Shown: positions 14,239 to 27,374, counted from the first letter of the stretch. The stretch is 64,000 nt of DNA from Okamejei kenojei (GCA_035221665.1 CM069142.1:17670001-17734000); one strand, 5' to 3'. A program made the numbers and translations. The notes: generated by a model from the sequence alone, not told the origin.

Positions 14239-14700
14239 TACAGGCAGCATCTCTGGAGAGAAGGAATGGGAGACGTTCGGGTCGAGACCCTTCTTCAGAT
14301 TGAGAGTCGGGGGAGAGGGAAATTGAAGATATGGAAGGGGTTAAAGAGAATTTGAGATGTGAAAGCGACAGATCAAGGCAGATGATGATCAAGGAAATGT
14401 AGAATGGTTCATTGTTGACTTTGGGGAAGGCATGCAATCAGTATAATTAATCAGGAGGAGAGTGAAACTAGTGGGGGGGGGGGGGGGGGGCACACAGAGG
14501 GAAAGCAAGGGCTATTTGAAGTCAGAGTTTGTACCATGCCATATCTCCAGTTTCCCTCTCCCCTGACTTTCAATCTGAAGAAGGATCTCGACCCGAAACG
14601 TCACCCACTCCTTCTCTCCAGAGATGCTGCCTGTCCCACTGAGTTACTCCAGCATTTTTTGTATCTTCGGTGTAAACTGGCTTCCTGCACAGTCCCTTCA
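14239..14700. mobile_element. PLE inverted terminal-repeat pair (minus arm ~14239-14530, plus arm ~14535-14700)
   Basis: acaggcagcatctctggagagaagg...cttcag and its reverse complement. Confidence 0.85.
14575..14602 (+). ncRNA. Minimal type I hammerhead ribozyme-like core in PLE repeat
   Basis: CTGAAGA-A-GGATCTCGACCC-GAAA-CG-TC: CUGANGA box, stem II with one mismatch, GAAA, palindromic ACGT, UH. Confidence 0.55.
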
Positions 14701-16214
14701 CCATTACTGCTGTTGAGGTTTTGATTACAGAATATATTTAATTAACTGAATTTTAATTTGTGGTGGGATTCAAATTATTGTCTCCATCAGCCAATAACTG
14801 CTAGTACAGTAACTTAACCACAGAGCTATAGTACCCATATGCATTTTGCCAGCAAGGTGCTATCAAGGGGGCTATACACAATTCCCACTTGAGTCTTAAA
14901 TCATTTTCTATTGCTTAATTCTGCTCATAAAGTCTCTATTGCCTGCTTACTTATTATATTCTTTCCCATTAATGATGTTATTTCATTCCTTAATCGCGGC
15001 TACTCCTCCTCCACTATTTTCACTCCCATTGTTGCTGAGGTTATAACTGAGCATAATTTCTTCCCACCCCTGGCCATCCCGCACTTGAGTGGTGTGCATG
15101 TCATGTACTCTTTTTTTTTTTAATGATATCCTTGGCAACCCATCTGATTGCTTAATGGTATGAACATTTATGGCCCACATGCGCATCAATTGGAATGTGA
15201 TAAATGATATCCATGGAAAATGTTACTTTGAATTGAGGCAGTATGACAATGCTGTTTTTTTCCATGAATGTAATGAGTCTTCAGATGGTCCTTATGTTGC
15301 AGTTTTGTTTTCATGACACTGTGTATTTTAAACATTGAAGCTATAATTAATTATTTCCAGCCTACCAAAAGGCTAACATTTTTCTGTTCAATTTTCTTTC
15401 ATTCATGCTGCCTTTCAGAATCCAACTTGGAACAAGGCTGTTGTCAGTCACTCGTGTGTATTTTAGGACAGTCCACTCTCCAAGGGGACTTGGGGAGTGA
15501 ACAGCAGCCTCAGAGGGCGATCTGTTATTTTAGCGTAGACTGAGCATTGTGCGAATGTGCCAACATTAAAAATAAAAAGCTTGAGTTCATCTTCATACTG
15601 TGGACCGGCTGTTTATCCAATGAATCAGGTTGAAAAATATCTATAAACTGTGGGCAGGTTGAAAAATATTGTGGGAAGTATTTCTGATGACTGATATAAG
15701 AAAAATATTCTGACTTTAAAACCTAACGTAGAAGCGACACTTAGGTTTCTTGGAATAAATTGGATTCAATTCTGGTTCATTGAGTCGACGGTGAAAGTTT
15801 GATTCAGCACTGTATATACGGTGAATTTGAACTGACAGGTCTGATTGAAAATAATTGGATTTAAATCATTCATTGAGGTTAGGGCCCTGACATTTATGAG
15901 TAGGTGGGACAGGTGCAGTTCAGTAGTCGGGAACCGCTGAAGAATGCCCGAATAACACCGGGAATGTTGCAGTTACATTCCGTCCTCGTGCAATGCTCAT
16001 TTGACACAGAGCCATACGTACGAGCTGATAACTGTCAGGGGCACAGAGAAAATAGGATGTGAAAACCAGTGTGGAATGCAGTTTTGACACTGTTTGAAGG
16101 GATGCTCAGTTACCTAGAAGCTCATCGGAGATTCAGTAGAAGGAAGTTGTGGTCAGTGGGCTTTAATTACCATTTTGTGTTTGCTGGTAATTAAGTTGAA
16201 AGTTGCAATAACTC

Positions 16215-16530
16215 TTAGTTAAGTTTATTATTATTGTCACTGTACCCGAGGGACAGTGAAAAGCTTTTTGTTGAAAGGTCTATACATGATTGCAATCAAG
16301 CCATCCACAGTGTACCGATACAGGATAAAGGGAATAATGCTTAGTGCAAAATAAAGTCCAGTAAAGTTCGATTATAGATAGCCTAAGGGTCTCCGATGAG
16401 GTAGATTGATGGAAGGTCAGAACCATTCACGAGTTGTTGATAGGATGGTTCATTTGCCTGATAACAGCTGGGAAGGGACTGGCCCTGAATCTGGAGGTAC
16501 GTGTTTTCAAGCTCCTGTACCTCTTGCCAG
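16215..16530 (-). mobile_element. Rex1/Babar-like LINE 3' end
   Basis: Minus-strand translation SGKRYRSLKTRTSRFRASPFPAVIRQMN matches the Rex1-type C-terminal motif; aataaactaa-like tail. Confidence 0.75.
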
Positions 16531-17204
16531 ATTAGCGAGTGTGACAGGGGTGAGACTTAGACCTTCGGGATCAGGAAGAGAGGGCCAGAAAACAAGCATC
16601 TTGCATGCAGACAGGCCGCAGAAAGATGGTCAGATGTGCTCTGGTCAGATGTGCTCTGGTCAGGAAATGCTGCTCTAACGATCTTCCAGAACCTCTGAGC
16701 GTTTTATAAGTGGCCAAGATCAGCGTAGTCAGAAGTTCCCCTCCTGTGCATTCGGAGGTCAAGATCGCAGTGGCTCTGAACAGTTTAGTCTCTGGGTCAT
16801 CGCAGACAGCACCGAGAGAGGGCAATTTCCAGCCCTTTGTTGCAGTTGCGATTTGAAGGAGTCTCTCAGCTTGCGCAGTGAGTAACAGAATCTTCGGATT
16901 CCTGGTGTTTCATTGAGTGATAGATTGCACTGGAGCTCTCCTTCAGCAGAAACGACCATCACATCTTGAACATGCAACTGAAGTGTGACTGCTGCTAAGA
17001 ACCGATCTTGCTAAAATATCATAAACCTTGATTGGCAGTCAGTGAAATTCTTCAATAAAGTTGTCTTTTGTTGTCATCATCTCAATATACCCTATCAATT
17101 TTTGTGACATTTCAGTTTAAGTTATTTAATTTTATACCCCAGTTCACATTTCAAAACAGAATTATTTGATTAGACAGTATGAATATTTATTTTAGACAAA
17201 AGAC

Positions 17205-17395
17205 AATATGTGCGGGAGTAGGCCATTCGGCCCTTCGGGCCAGCACCGCCATTCACTGTGATCATGGCTGATCATCCACGATCACGATTCCTGCCTTCTC
17301 CCCATATCCCTTTACTCCCCTATCTTTAAGAGCTCTATCTATCTCTCTCTTGAAAGCATCCAGAGAATTGTCCTCCACTGCCTTCTGAGGCAGAG
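17205..17395 (-). mobile_element. CR1 3' tail fragment
   Basis: ggagtaggccattcggccc...catggctgatcatcc...ctgccttctccccatatccc. Confidence 0.85.
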
Positions 17396-17670
17396 GATGG
17401 AGGCAGAGGCAGATGGTAATCAGTGCAAAAATAATAGGCTTAAATAATAAATATTAATTAAGTACACCATTGGTATGAATCTCATCGGGCACAGCCTTAT
17501 TAATTTGTTTTCTTTAACTTGAAACACACTTTAACATTTAGCAAAGTAAAGTAAGATGTGTATTTTGAAAATATAATTTGTAAAAAAAAGAATTTGATGT
17601 TGAACTCTTGCCTAATTCCTGTTTTCACTTGACTGAATTCGGTGAGAACACAAAGTTAACTATGAAAGAT

Positions 17671-18110
17671 TAATATTAAAATTTTGTGAAGGCCCTGTAA
17701 CCCCCACAATTATAATGTGAATTATGGAAATGTCGGAGACCCTACATTTGGAAAGATTAAGATTTGTCTTAATGGACAAACAAGAACTATTTACTAGAAT
17801 ATGGTCTCCATTCATTGACTATTGGAAGGGGCAAACCGGTTCGGCACGAGAACCTGACTGAAACCCGAATCGAGGATTAGATGAAGAATTACATTTTATA
17901 ATTCACGGACATATCTCCAATAATGTATAATTAATTGATTATTCCATTCTCTTTTAATTTTTTGGTTTCTTTTCTCTATTTCTTTCTATATGAAAATAAA
18001 AAAAATATAGTACAATTATACAATTGATAATATAAACAATATTAATGTATGACTACTACAAACAAAATGTCTTTTATTATGTATTTACTTCTAATAAAAA
18101 AAAATAAAAA
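17671..18110 (+). mobile_element. L1-clade LINE 3' end with poly(A) and 9-bp TSD
   Basis: LILKFCEGPVTPTIIM*IMEMSETLHLERLRFVLMDKQELFTRIWSPFIDYW resembles L1 ORF2 C-terminus; AT-rich 3'UTR; aataaaaaaaaataaaaa; ATGAAAGAT at 17662-17670 and 18111-18119. Confidence 0.85.
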
Positions 18111-18114
18111 ATGA

Positions 18115-18245
18115 AAGATAGACACAAGATGCTGGATTAACTCAGTGGGTCAGGTAGCTTCTCTGGAGAAAATTGATCAGTGACGCTTGGGATGGGAGCC
18201 TTCTTCAGACTTTGGTATAAACCAACTTCTGCCGGTCCTTTTTAT
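18115..18245 (-). mobile_element. PLE terminal-repeat fragment
   Basis: agatagacacaagatgctggattaactcag...cttcttcagac. Confidence 0.75.
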
Positions 18246-20859
18246 TACGTTAGCGATGAATTCATTTATGATAGTTGTCAGGTTACCATGCCACCGGTAA
18301 TAAGAAAATGCTCAGGGCCATTTTATAGGACTTTATTAGTCTCCGAATAGAGATCATGAGAAGTACCTTTTTAAATGACAGGCTCCAGCCACTAATGTAA
18401 TAGAAGTCTTTGAGGAGATTATATTGTGATAAGAAAAATGATGAAAATAGAACTTATTTTCAAGAGAGAGTGCTGATAACCGCATTCTATCATGTTGCCT
18501 TGGCACTGGATTGGAAACTGAAATGGTATCTGGGTCATTCATCTGACTCTGAACTAAATGCTCTTTGGTCCATGTGATCTGTTAGTTAAGCAGATGGGAT
18601 TGCGAGGTCCAGTGGCTGACAGGTGAAAATAAGCAGGAGGTTATGTGGAGAAGAAAATTGAAAACTAACTCCTATGACTTCTGAAAGGTCTTGAAACTGT
18701 GAACTTCAGTGATATCGACTTCCAAAAAAGTTATGTGTATTGATCGCCTATCTGTTCTTGTTAATTTACCTTTCCGAAAAGTTTAAGAAGCCAGACTTAC
18801 ACATCAATTTCCAACTTCCCAAGATACTGCTGGAAGTCACCTCCTCAACCGTGTGAAATGTAAATGACTCCTTTTACTGCACAAATCTTACCTTTTTTCT
18901 TATGATTATTTGACCTGTTCATAAATCTGTGACTGTAATTTGGCTGCAGATAGTTCAGCGTTCTGTAACCCGACAGGATATTCTGTAGGATGACTTTCAG
19001 AAGCAACTTTGTCAATGTATCAAGAGTAGCCTTTACAACTCTTAAGAGGTGCATAATCAGACAGTGAAGTCGTATCAAGTCAACAACATGGGCTGACCCA
19101 TGTTTATTCATGTGAGCAAGATGTCAATATACACTCGCCCCATTTCCCCACCATTGGCCCATAGCCCTCGAAAACTTTCCCATCCATCTACCTGTCCGAA
19201 TGTATTTTAAATGTTATTTTTTGTACCTGCTTCAGCCACTTCCTCTGGCAACACATTGCAGAGAAATCCATACCGTCCTCTGAATGGCAAAAGTTGCCCC
19301 TCGGGTTCCTATTAAATATTTTCTTCTCACCTTAAACCTATACCCTCTAGTTCTTGGTTCTCTACCCTGCGAAAATGACTTTGCATTCACCCTACTTATT
19401 CCTCTCATGAATTTATTCAGCTCTTTAAGATCATCCTTCAGTCTCCTGCACTCCGAGGAATTGTCCCGTCTTTCCCGATCTCTCCCCATAGCGCAGGTCC
19501 TCGAGTCCCGGCAATATCATAAATCTTCTCAGCACTCTTTTCATCTTAATGGCTTCTTTCCTTTGGCAGAGTGACCTAATTGAACATCCAAGTGCTGCCT
19601 CACCAACATATTATACAACTGTAACATAAACCTCTATACTCCATATTCTCTATACTCTATACTCCAGCATTTTGTGACTACCCGCTATACTCCCTGACTG
19701 ACTGAAGAACGCCAGCTTGCCAAAAAATGCCGCCTTCACTCGAACTATGTACATATGCTCCTAAATCCCTTGAGATTCCCCAGGCCCCTACCTTTCACTA
19801 TGAAGGTTCTGCTCTGATTTGACTTCTTAACATGTAACACCTCATACTTATTAAATTCTGTTTGCCATTTGGCCAGCTGATCAAGATCCTGCCTTAATTC
19901 CTGATAACCATCTTCATTCAATACTATCTATTTTTGTTTCATCTGCCTTGGATATTGTCATCTAAATTGTCGATTATAAGTGACAACTTGAGGCACACCC
20001 CTAATCATAGGCTTCCAGTCTGATAAACAACTATACAAACCTTCAGCATCATTCTCCGCTTCCTATCCACACACCAGTTATGTATCCAACTGGCTAACTC
20101 ACCCTGGATTCCATGCATTTAACCTTCCGGAGTAAGCTACCATGCTGAAATCCATATAGACCACGTTCTACCTTTGGCCCTCATCAACTTTCTTGATTAC
20201 ATTTTTTTTAAAACTCAAATTCGTGAGAAATAATCTCCCGCCCACAGAGTCCTGCTGACTATTTCTAATCAACCCCTGTTCTTTCCAAAAGCATGTATAT
20301 CTTATTCCTCAGAATCCCCTCCAGTAATTTACCTCACCTGTGGGCTAATGATGCGTATATCCCAGCCCGAGTGCGTATCTCAATTTCTTCGCTAGATTCC
20401 CACAGTGTTCAAACATATACTTGATCACGCTCTGGAGATTTAATTACATTATGTTTTTAGTTGTCTAGGATCTTACTATAAAGAGGCCTAGCCCCAAGAC
20501 ATGCCCATTAACATCCTTGAGTTCCCTAGTCTTCATGTCTTTCTCCGCAGTTAAAACCTGAGATGTTCTTAAAGGATCTTCCCCATCACTTCGGCCCCAA
20601 ACATAGATGTCCACTTTTGTTCTTGAGGGGCTCTATTTTCTCCCTTGTTTTTCCTTAATGTACTAAAATCACTTTGGATCCTTATTACTCTTCTCTGCTA
20701 AAGCTATCCCATGTCCTCTTTTAGTCCTCCCGATTTCCTTCTTAAGGAAACTTCTACATTCCCGTTTTAGGGGATCCACAGATTGTCCACAGATGTTGCA
20801 TCCTCCACAGATTCACTTCATCGCAGCTGCTTGTACTTGACCCAGGATGCACACAAATT

Positions 20860-21961
20860 GCTGGAGAGAAGGAATGGGTGATGTTTTCGGTTGAGATCCT
20901 TCTTTCGACAACGTCAGCCATTCCTTCTCTCGAGAGATACTGCATATCCCTCTGAGTTACTCCAGCATTTTGGGTCTATCTTTGGTGTATAGAAACATAG
21001 AAACATAGAAAAATAAGTGCACGGGTATGCCATTCGGCCCTTCAAGCCAGCACTGCCATTCAATATGATCATGGCTGATCATCCAAAATCAGTACTCCGT
21101 TCCTGCTTTTTCCCCATATCCCTCGAGTCCTTTAGCCCCAAGAGCTAAATCAAACTCTCTCTTGAAAACATCCTGTGAATTGGCCTCTACTGCCTTCTAT
21201 GGCTGAGAATTCCACAGATTCACAACACTCTGGGTGAAGTTTTTCCTCATCTCAGTCCCAAATAGCGTACCCCTTATTCTTAAACTGTGATCCCCTGGTT
21301 CTGGACTCTCCCAACATCGGAAACAATTTTCCTGCATCTAGCCTGTCCAATCCTTTATGAATTTTATATGTTTCTATAAGATCCCCTCTCATCCTTCTAA
21401 ACTCCAGTGAATACAAGCCCAGTCGGCCCTTTCTTTCATCATATGACAGTCCCGCCATCCTGGGAATTAACCTGGTGAACCTACGCTGCACTCCCTCAAT
21501 AGCAAGAATGTCCTTCCTCAATTTAGGAGACCAAAACTGCACACATTGCTTCAGGTGTGGTCTTACCAGGGCCCTGTACAACTGCAGTAGGACATCCTTG
21601 CTCCTATACTCAAATCCTCTCGCTATGAAGGCCAACATGCCATTAGCTTTCTTCACTGCCTGCTGTACCCGCATGCTTACTTTCAGTGACTGATGAACAA
21701 GCACAACTAGGCGTCGTTGCAACTCCTTTTCCTAATCTGACACCATTCAGATAATAATCTGCCTTCCTGTTCTTGCCACCAAAGTGGATAACCTCACATT
21801 TATCCACATTATACTGCATCTGCCATGCATCTGCCCACTTGCCCAACCTATCCAAGTCACCCCGCAGCTTCATAGCATCCTCATCGCAGCTCACACTGCC
21901 ACCCAGCTTTGTGTCATCCGCAAATTTGGAGATAACTAGCATCTGCAATTCCTTCCGACAC
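20860..21961. mobile_element. PLE palindrome (20860-20989 + 21936-21961) split by a CR1
   Basis: ...ctatctttggtgta | CR1 | ctagcatctgcaattccttcc rejoins into the end shared by other PLE copies. Confidence 0.75.
20990..21935 (-). mobile_element. Young CR1 LINE 3' ~950 bp
   Basis: [50 protein letters not shown]; (ctatgttt)n tail. Confidence 0.95.
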
Positions 21962-23035
21962 TTTTCGTCTGTACCTGATCCATGTCTCTTTTTTTCTGAG
22001 CAGAGACACACTATCTAATGTCAACCAGTGTTCCCTTCCCCTGCTGGCTTTGACCTTCACTCTAACAGGAACATACAGACTTGAACTCTCGTTATCTCAT
22101 TCTTAAAAAGCCTTCCACTTTCCGAATGTTCCTTTCCCTTAAAACAACATACCCCAATCAACTTTTGAAACGAATGTTATCAAAATTTGCCTTGCCCCAA
22201 TTTAGAACATTAACTTGTGGGATAGTTCTGTACTTTCATGTCCATAATTATTTAAATAGTAATAGAACGATGGTCATCCCAACTGCCATCCCCATTGATA
22301 TAATAGTCACTGGCATTGCCCTATTTTCTAATAGGTCAAGTTTAGACCTCTTTGAAAGCCAACAGCAATATCCCAAAGCAATCATACCCTTCTTCTCAGC
22401 TCCACCCATAAAACATCACTGGATGAACCCTCAGTAATTTTATTGTGGTCGACTGTTTTCTCCTTTAATCAAAAATGCAGCTCTTCCCTCCACCTCTGTC
22501 TTGCCTGTAGCATCTATATTTGGAATATTTAACTGCCAGTCCTGTCCCTCCCCTCTCCTAACCATGACCAAAATCAGAGTTTCAATTGTTGATGTTGATG
22601 ATGATGATGATACTTTGTTTTCGCAGGTACCTAGCTAGGTACAGTGAGATTCTTTGTTTTTGGACACAAAAATAATGTACATTCCTGTGGATCATTCACA
22701 GAATGCGACATGCAATTTGAATTTTTTAATGAGTATTTTTGCAATTCTCTGGGCACTTACAAAATAAGTAGTGACTGACTATTTTTTTTTAATTTCCTGC
22801 AAAACATTCTTTTGAAATTTGAATAAAGCACGTTAAAACTGCAACAAATCTGTGAATATAAGAGGAAATGATCACTAGTTCCAAAATCCATGCTCCTGGA
22901 TTGGATCCTTCTCCCTCTTTGGGGCCTGTGACCCCCAAGTGGGAATGGCGGAAGTCTCTTGAACTGATGATGTGGCAAGGCTTTCAAATTGAACTCATTT
23001 TCTTAGCCTCCTAGACACTGAAGGCAACCATAGCA

Positions 23036-23168
23036 AGTCTGAAGAAGGTTCTCGACCTGAAACATCACCCATTTCTTCTCTCCAGGGATCCTGCCTGTCC
23101 CGCTGAGTTACTTCAGCATTTTGTGTCTATCTTCAGTTTAAACCAGCATTTGACTTCCTTCCTACACA
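23036..23168 (+). mobile_element. PLE terminal repeat with degenerate hammerhead core
   Basis: gtctgaagaaggttctcgacctgaaacatcaccc...gagttacttcagcattttgtgtc. Confidence 0.8.
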
Positions 23169-24044
23169 AGTTTGTTTTTTTGTCAGAGATCTTCAATTTA
23201 TTGATTGGTATATACCAATGGAACTTGTTATCTTTCGATGATTTAAATGTAGTTTATTGACAAGTGGAGGACTTTGCAGTAACACCAAAAACCATGTTAT
23301 TTTATCACGTATAGTTTTGGGAATGCTTTTAACAAGAATAACAGAATTGCTTTCTGTTGCACAATTTGCCATTTGGAAGCACAACTGAAAGTTCCTGACG
23401 CAGTGATTGATATGCATAAGTATTTGTTAAACGAAGCTTTAATTTTCAGCAGGAAGGAATATATGACCGTGAGGTTCTTTGAAAGGTTGAATCAACCACA
23501 TTTGCTGGTGTCACAGTGTTAGTTTCTCAGTGGTTAAACCAGGTTGTAGATTATACACACCCATTGTTAGCATAAACCGAATGTAAAATCTATCGTGAAT
23601 CAGTGCAGTCAGAGAGCATAAGTGAACTTGACTGTCAGCTGGAACAAGGCCAGTGAGACTGCATGGTGATAGGAAAAGATGTATAAAAGAATCGGAGAAA
23701 TATCCTCTGTGGATTGAAGCTGGAGAGCACGAGCTAATTGGCATTTTGTTCGATTTGTAAACTTTACAAAAAATTTCACAGCACTTTCTGATTTAAATAA
23801 ATCCCGGACATGCTGACTTAGTATTCTTAGTATTATGCTTGTTTCATCGACGCTACCTGATGCATCAGCTGCAGCATAGACCTGGGTCCGCGACTTGCTA
23901 ACGTGACAAGTTGACTGATGAAAGCTGGACTCCTGTGAAGGAGGATTTCTGCAAATCGGTTGGATTACCATCAGTCATTTATTTTGGCCTCTTCCCTCTT
24001 TTTTCCCCACAAGAACAAGTATTAGTAGAAACACTTTTCCCACC

Positions 24045-24200
24045 TGAAAGTGTGAACGGATTGTTGATCAGAACCCAAACCTCCAGGTGAGGCACAGATT
24101 TACACGCACTTTCTCCAATCTCGCCCACTGATCTCAGTGCTCCCAGTGTGGCCACCTCTACATCGGCGAGGCCAAGGGCAGACTGGCCACCAAATGGAAG
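24045..24200 (+). mobile_element. PLE GIY-YIG endonuclease remnant
   Basis: VRHRFTRTFSNLAH*SQCSQCGHLYIGEAKGRL contains the CxxC...YIGE motif. Confidence 0.7.
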
Positions 24201-24214
24201 AGCACGTGCACTGG

Positions 24215-24532
24215 AGTGAAACAGGGTGGAAACAGGCCATTTGGCCCAACTTGCCCACGCCGGCCAATATGTCCCACCTGCCTGCGCTTGGTGCATATCC
24301 CCCCAAACTTCTCCTATCCATGTACCTGTCCGTCTCTTAAATGTTCAGATAGGCCCAGCTTCAACTCTCTCCTCCGGCAGCTCGTTCCATACACCCACCA
24401 CCCTTTGTGAAAAAGTTACCCCTCAGATTCCTATTAAATCTTTTCCCCTTCACCTTGAATCTATGTTCTCTGGTCCTCGATTCCCCTACTCTGGGCAAGA
24501 GATAATGTGCATCTACCCCTCTCATTTTATAC
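24215..24532 (-). mobile_element. CR1 3' end
   Basis: VGESRTREHRFKVKGKRFNRNLRGNFF plus 3'UTR. Confidence 0.9.
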
Positions 24533-24567
24533 GCCTTGTTTTTTTTCACTCACAACAGGCATCTTGA

Positions 24568-24927
24568 GCTGAAGATGGGCACAAAAAGCTGGAGTAACTC
24601 AGCGGTCAGACAGCGTCTCTGGAGAAAAGGAAGAGACTGGATGAGGGGATATAGGGTGATCTTATAGAGGTGTATAAAATGATGAGAGGAATAGATTGGG
24701 TAGATGCACAGAGTCTCTTGCCAAGAGTAGGCGAATCGAGGACCTAAGTTTAAGATGAAGGGGAATAGATGTAATGGGAATCTGAGGGGTAACTTTTTCA
24801 CACAAAGGGTGATGGGTGTATGGAACAAGCTGCCAGAGGAGGCAGTCGACCCGAAGCGTCACCAATCCCTTTTCTCCTGAGATGCTGCCTGTCCACTGAG
24901 GCACGACAGTTTTTTGTGTCTATCTCC
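24568..24927. mobile_element. PLE palindrome whose centre is occupied by an internal CR1 fragment (~24633-24845, +)
   Basis: Arms ~24568-24632 and ~24846-24927; the middle is atgaggggat...gatcttatagaggtgtataaaatg...aagctgccagaggag. Confidence 0.8.
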
Positions 24928-25179
24928 AATTATTGAGTTGTGCCAGTGAATGAATATTTAGGCAATGGTGTTTTCTGTATATTGTGAGACATTGGATGCT
25001 ATATTCTGCTGCTGAAATGGTGCCCACATAAATATTCAGATGGTATCAAAAGGCTGAAAATTTATTTCCTGAATACTTGAAATAATGAGAAAGCTCATTC
25101 TATGGTTTTGTTACTTTGTTTCTAACATAAGCTGCAGGAGACTACTACCCAGGGAGAAAATTGGATTGCAACAGCTTTA

Positions 25180-25476
25180 AGCCCCTGTCCCACTTTCCGA
25201 GTTAGTCACAAATTCTCCTGAGTTTTCCCCTTGATTCATACTCGGAGATGCCAGCCATAGGTACTCGGGGCTATATTTTTTACTTGTGGACATTTTTCAA
25301 TGTGCTGAAAAAACATCCCGACTTACCTGATGCTCCGAGTACCTACGGCTGACATAACGAGCCGCTACGAAATATCTACGGACTCCTATGGACTCGCTAT
25401 GGACATTCTCCGCGCTTGAATCAAGGGGAAAACTCGGGAGAATTCGTGAGTAACTCGGGAAAGTGGGATAGAGGCT
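25180..25476. mobile_element. MITE, PIF/Harbinger-like
   Basis: ~55-bp TIRs agcccctgtcccactttcc / ggaaagtgggatagaggct; TTA on both flanks. Confidence 0.85.
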
Positions 25477-25729
25477 TTATGCTGACTTCGAGAGTTGGTT
25501 GTTGATGAACTGATGGTGGGGAAGCAACTCGTGTGCTCAAATTTAAGTCTCGTTTCATTCCCATTTGATTCATTGCCAATTAATATGGTTGTTTTGCACC
25601 AAAGCAACGTGATCACATTTTTTTAAATTTGTAACAGCATGGGGTTTTTTTTTTCTCCCTTTTACAATGTGAGATACAAGTCAATGAGTGGCAACCAGCA
25701 TCAACAGACTAATAATGATTCTCAACATT

Positions 25730-26138
25730 GCTTACATTCACTGGAATTTCGATGTTTGAGAGGGTATCTTATAGAAACATATGCAATTCTTAAGGGATTG
25801 GACAGGCTAGATGCAGGAAAAATGTTTCCGATGTTGGGGGAATCCAGACCAGGGATCACAGTTTAAGAATAAGGGGCAGGCCATTTAGGACTGAGATGAG
25901 GAAAATCTTTTTCACCCAGGGTTGTGAATCTGTGGAATTCTCTGCCACAGTAGGCAGTGGAGGCCAATTCACTGGATATATTCAAGAGAGAGTTAGATAT
26001 AGCTCACGGAGTGAAGGCATATGGGGAGAAAGCAGGAACGAGGTATTGATTTTGGTTGATCGGCCATGATCATATTGAATTTCGGTGCTGGCTCGAAGGG
26101 CTGAATGGCCTACTCCTGCACCTATTTTCTATGTTTCT
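25730..26138 (+). mobile_element. CR1 3' end
   Basis: SLEFRCLRGYLIETYAILKGLDRLDAGKMFPMLGESR plus the tail ttctatgtttct. Confidence 0.92.
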
Positions 26139-26326
26139 AAGTCTAATAGAGGATAGTACTCCCATTTCGGGTTACACCTGTAGAATATAAAGTATGTTTT
26201 TTCTATCTTTCAAAATTGCGCGTGAATTGAGGCATTCTTTTTGCTGAGAAGGTTCCGCTGAGATTGGAGACTGGAATGTGTGATGTATCTGGATATGAAT
26301 GAGATTATTCTATCAGGGTGAAGAAT

Positions 26327-26615
26327 GGGTGACACGGTGGTGCGGCTGTAGTCGGAGCGCCAGGTTTGATCCAGACTATGGGTGCTGTCTGTACGGAGTT
26401 TGTACGTTCTCCCCGTGACTGCGTGGGTTTTCTCCGACATCTTCGGTTTCCTCCCACAAATCAAAGATGTACAGGTTTTTGGGTTAATTGGCTTGGTATC
26501 AGTGTAAATTGTCCCCTAGTGTGTGTAGGATGGTGTTGGCGTGCGGGGAGCGCTGGTCGGTGCGGACTCGGTGGTCCGAAGGGCCTGTTTCCACGCTGTA
26601 TCTCTAAACTAAACT
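26327..26615 (+). mobile_element. V-SINE (HE1-like), near full length
   Basis: Head acggtggtgc...ggtttgatcc, V-domain ggagtttgtacgttctccccgtgactgcgtgggttttctccg, CR1-like tail and (aaact)n. Confidence 0.9.
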
Positions 26616-27067
26616 GAGCATCCTTGCATTTCGCATTCAAGCTTGAAGTGTCTCTTCATTTTCTGCCTTCCCCGGTCACCCACTCTCTCACACGCAGTGG
26701 CTTATGTAGTTGAAGCTAGGCCGCACTGCTCACAGGAGAATTGCATCGAGGGGTCGGCAGTTTTCGGGTAAGTGCACCCGAGTGAAATGAAGATGTTGCA
26801 CCTGCTATTCCTTACTCTGCTGCAGGAAGGAGCATTTGTTCTCTGCATTTGCGACCTCTTGGTTCTCTCTTCTCAAACAGCTTAACTTGTTCTGCGTGTG
26901 CCCTCTCCTAGTCATTGCCTGGAGAAAACTTTAGAATGTCTGGGCGCAACTGGTTTCCAAAGGTTTAAATCAAAAATATCCTCTAACTTCTGTCCTACCT
27001 CTTCTGGATTTTTCTCCTCAGAAGGAAGAGGGGCAGAACTTAAAGGACACTTGTGCCTTCAGGACTA

Positions 27068-27345
27068 TTTAGACTTTGCTTTGGAGATACAGCATGGAAA
27101 CGGGTACTTCGGCTCACCATGTCCACGCCGACCAGCGATCACTCCGTACACTCGATAGAACCTACACACTGGGGACATTTTACAGTTTTTACTGAAGCAA
27201 TAAACCTACAAATCTGTTTGCCTTTGGAGTGTGGGAAGAAACCCAGGTGGTCACAGGGAGAATGTACAAACAGCACCCATAGCCCATAGTCAGCCCAGGT
27301 CTCCAGCGTAAGGCAGCATCTCTACTGCTGCGCCACCATGCCACC
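27068..27345 (-). mobile_element. V-SINE
   Basis: Reverse-complement match to the copy at 26327. Confidence 0.82.
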
Positions 27346-27374
27346 TCAAAAGGTCTTTGACGATCCCTTTTGAA

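Larger units (their letters stand above)
19130..22560 (-). mobile_element. Old long CR1 copy (~19130-20780 and ~22020-22560) interrupted by younger insertions
   Basis: PRTRGYRFKVR at the 3' end; degraded CR1 ORF2-like sequence continues on both sides of the nested elements. Confidence 0.65.

Noticed and set aside
16627-16663. 15-bp tandem tggtcagatgtgctc, about 2.5 copies
   Set aside because: Simple slippage duplication
26327-26400. tRNA gene
   Set aside because: Degenerate tRNA-derived SINE head with no complete cloverleaf
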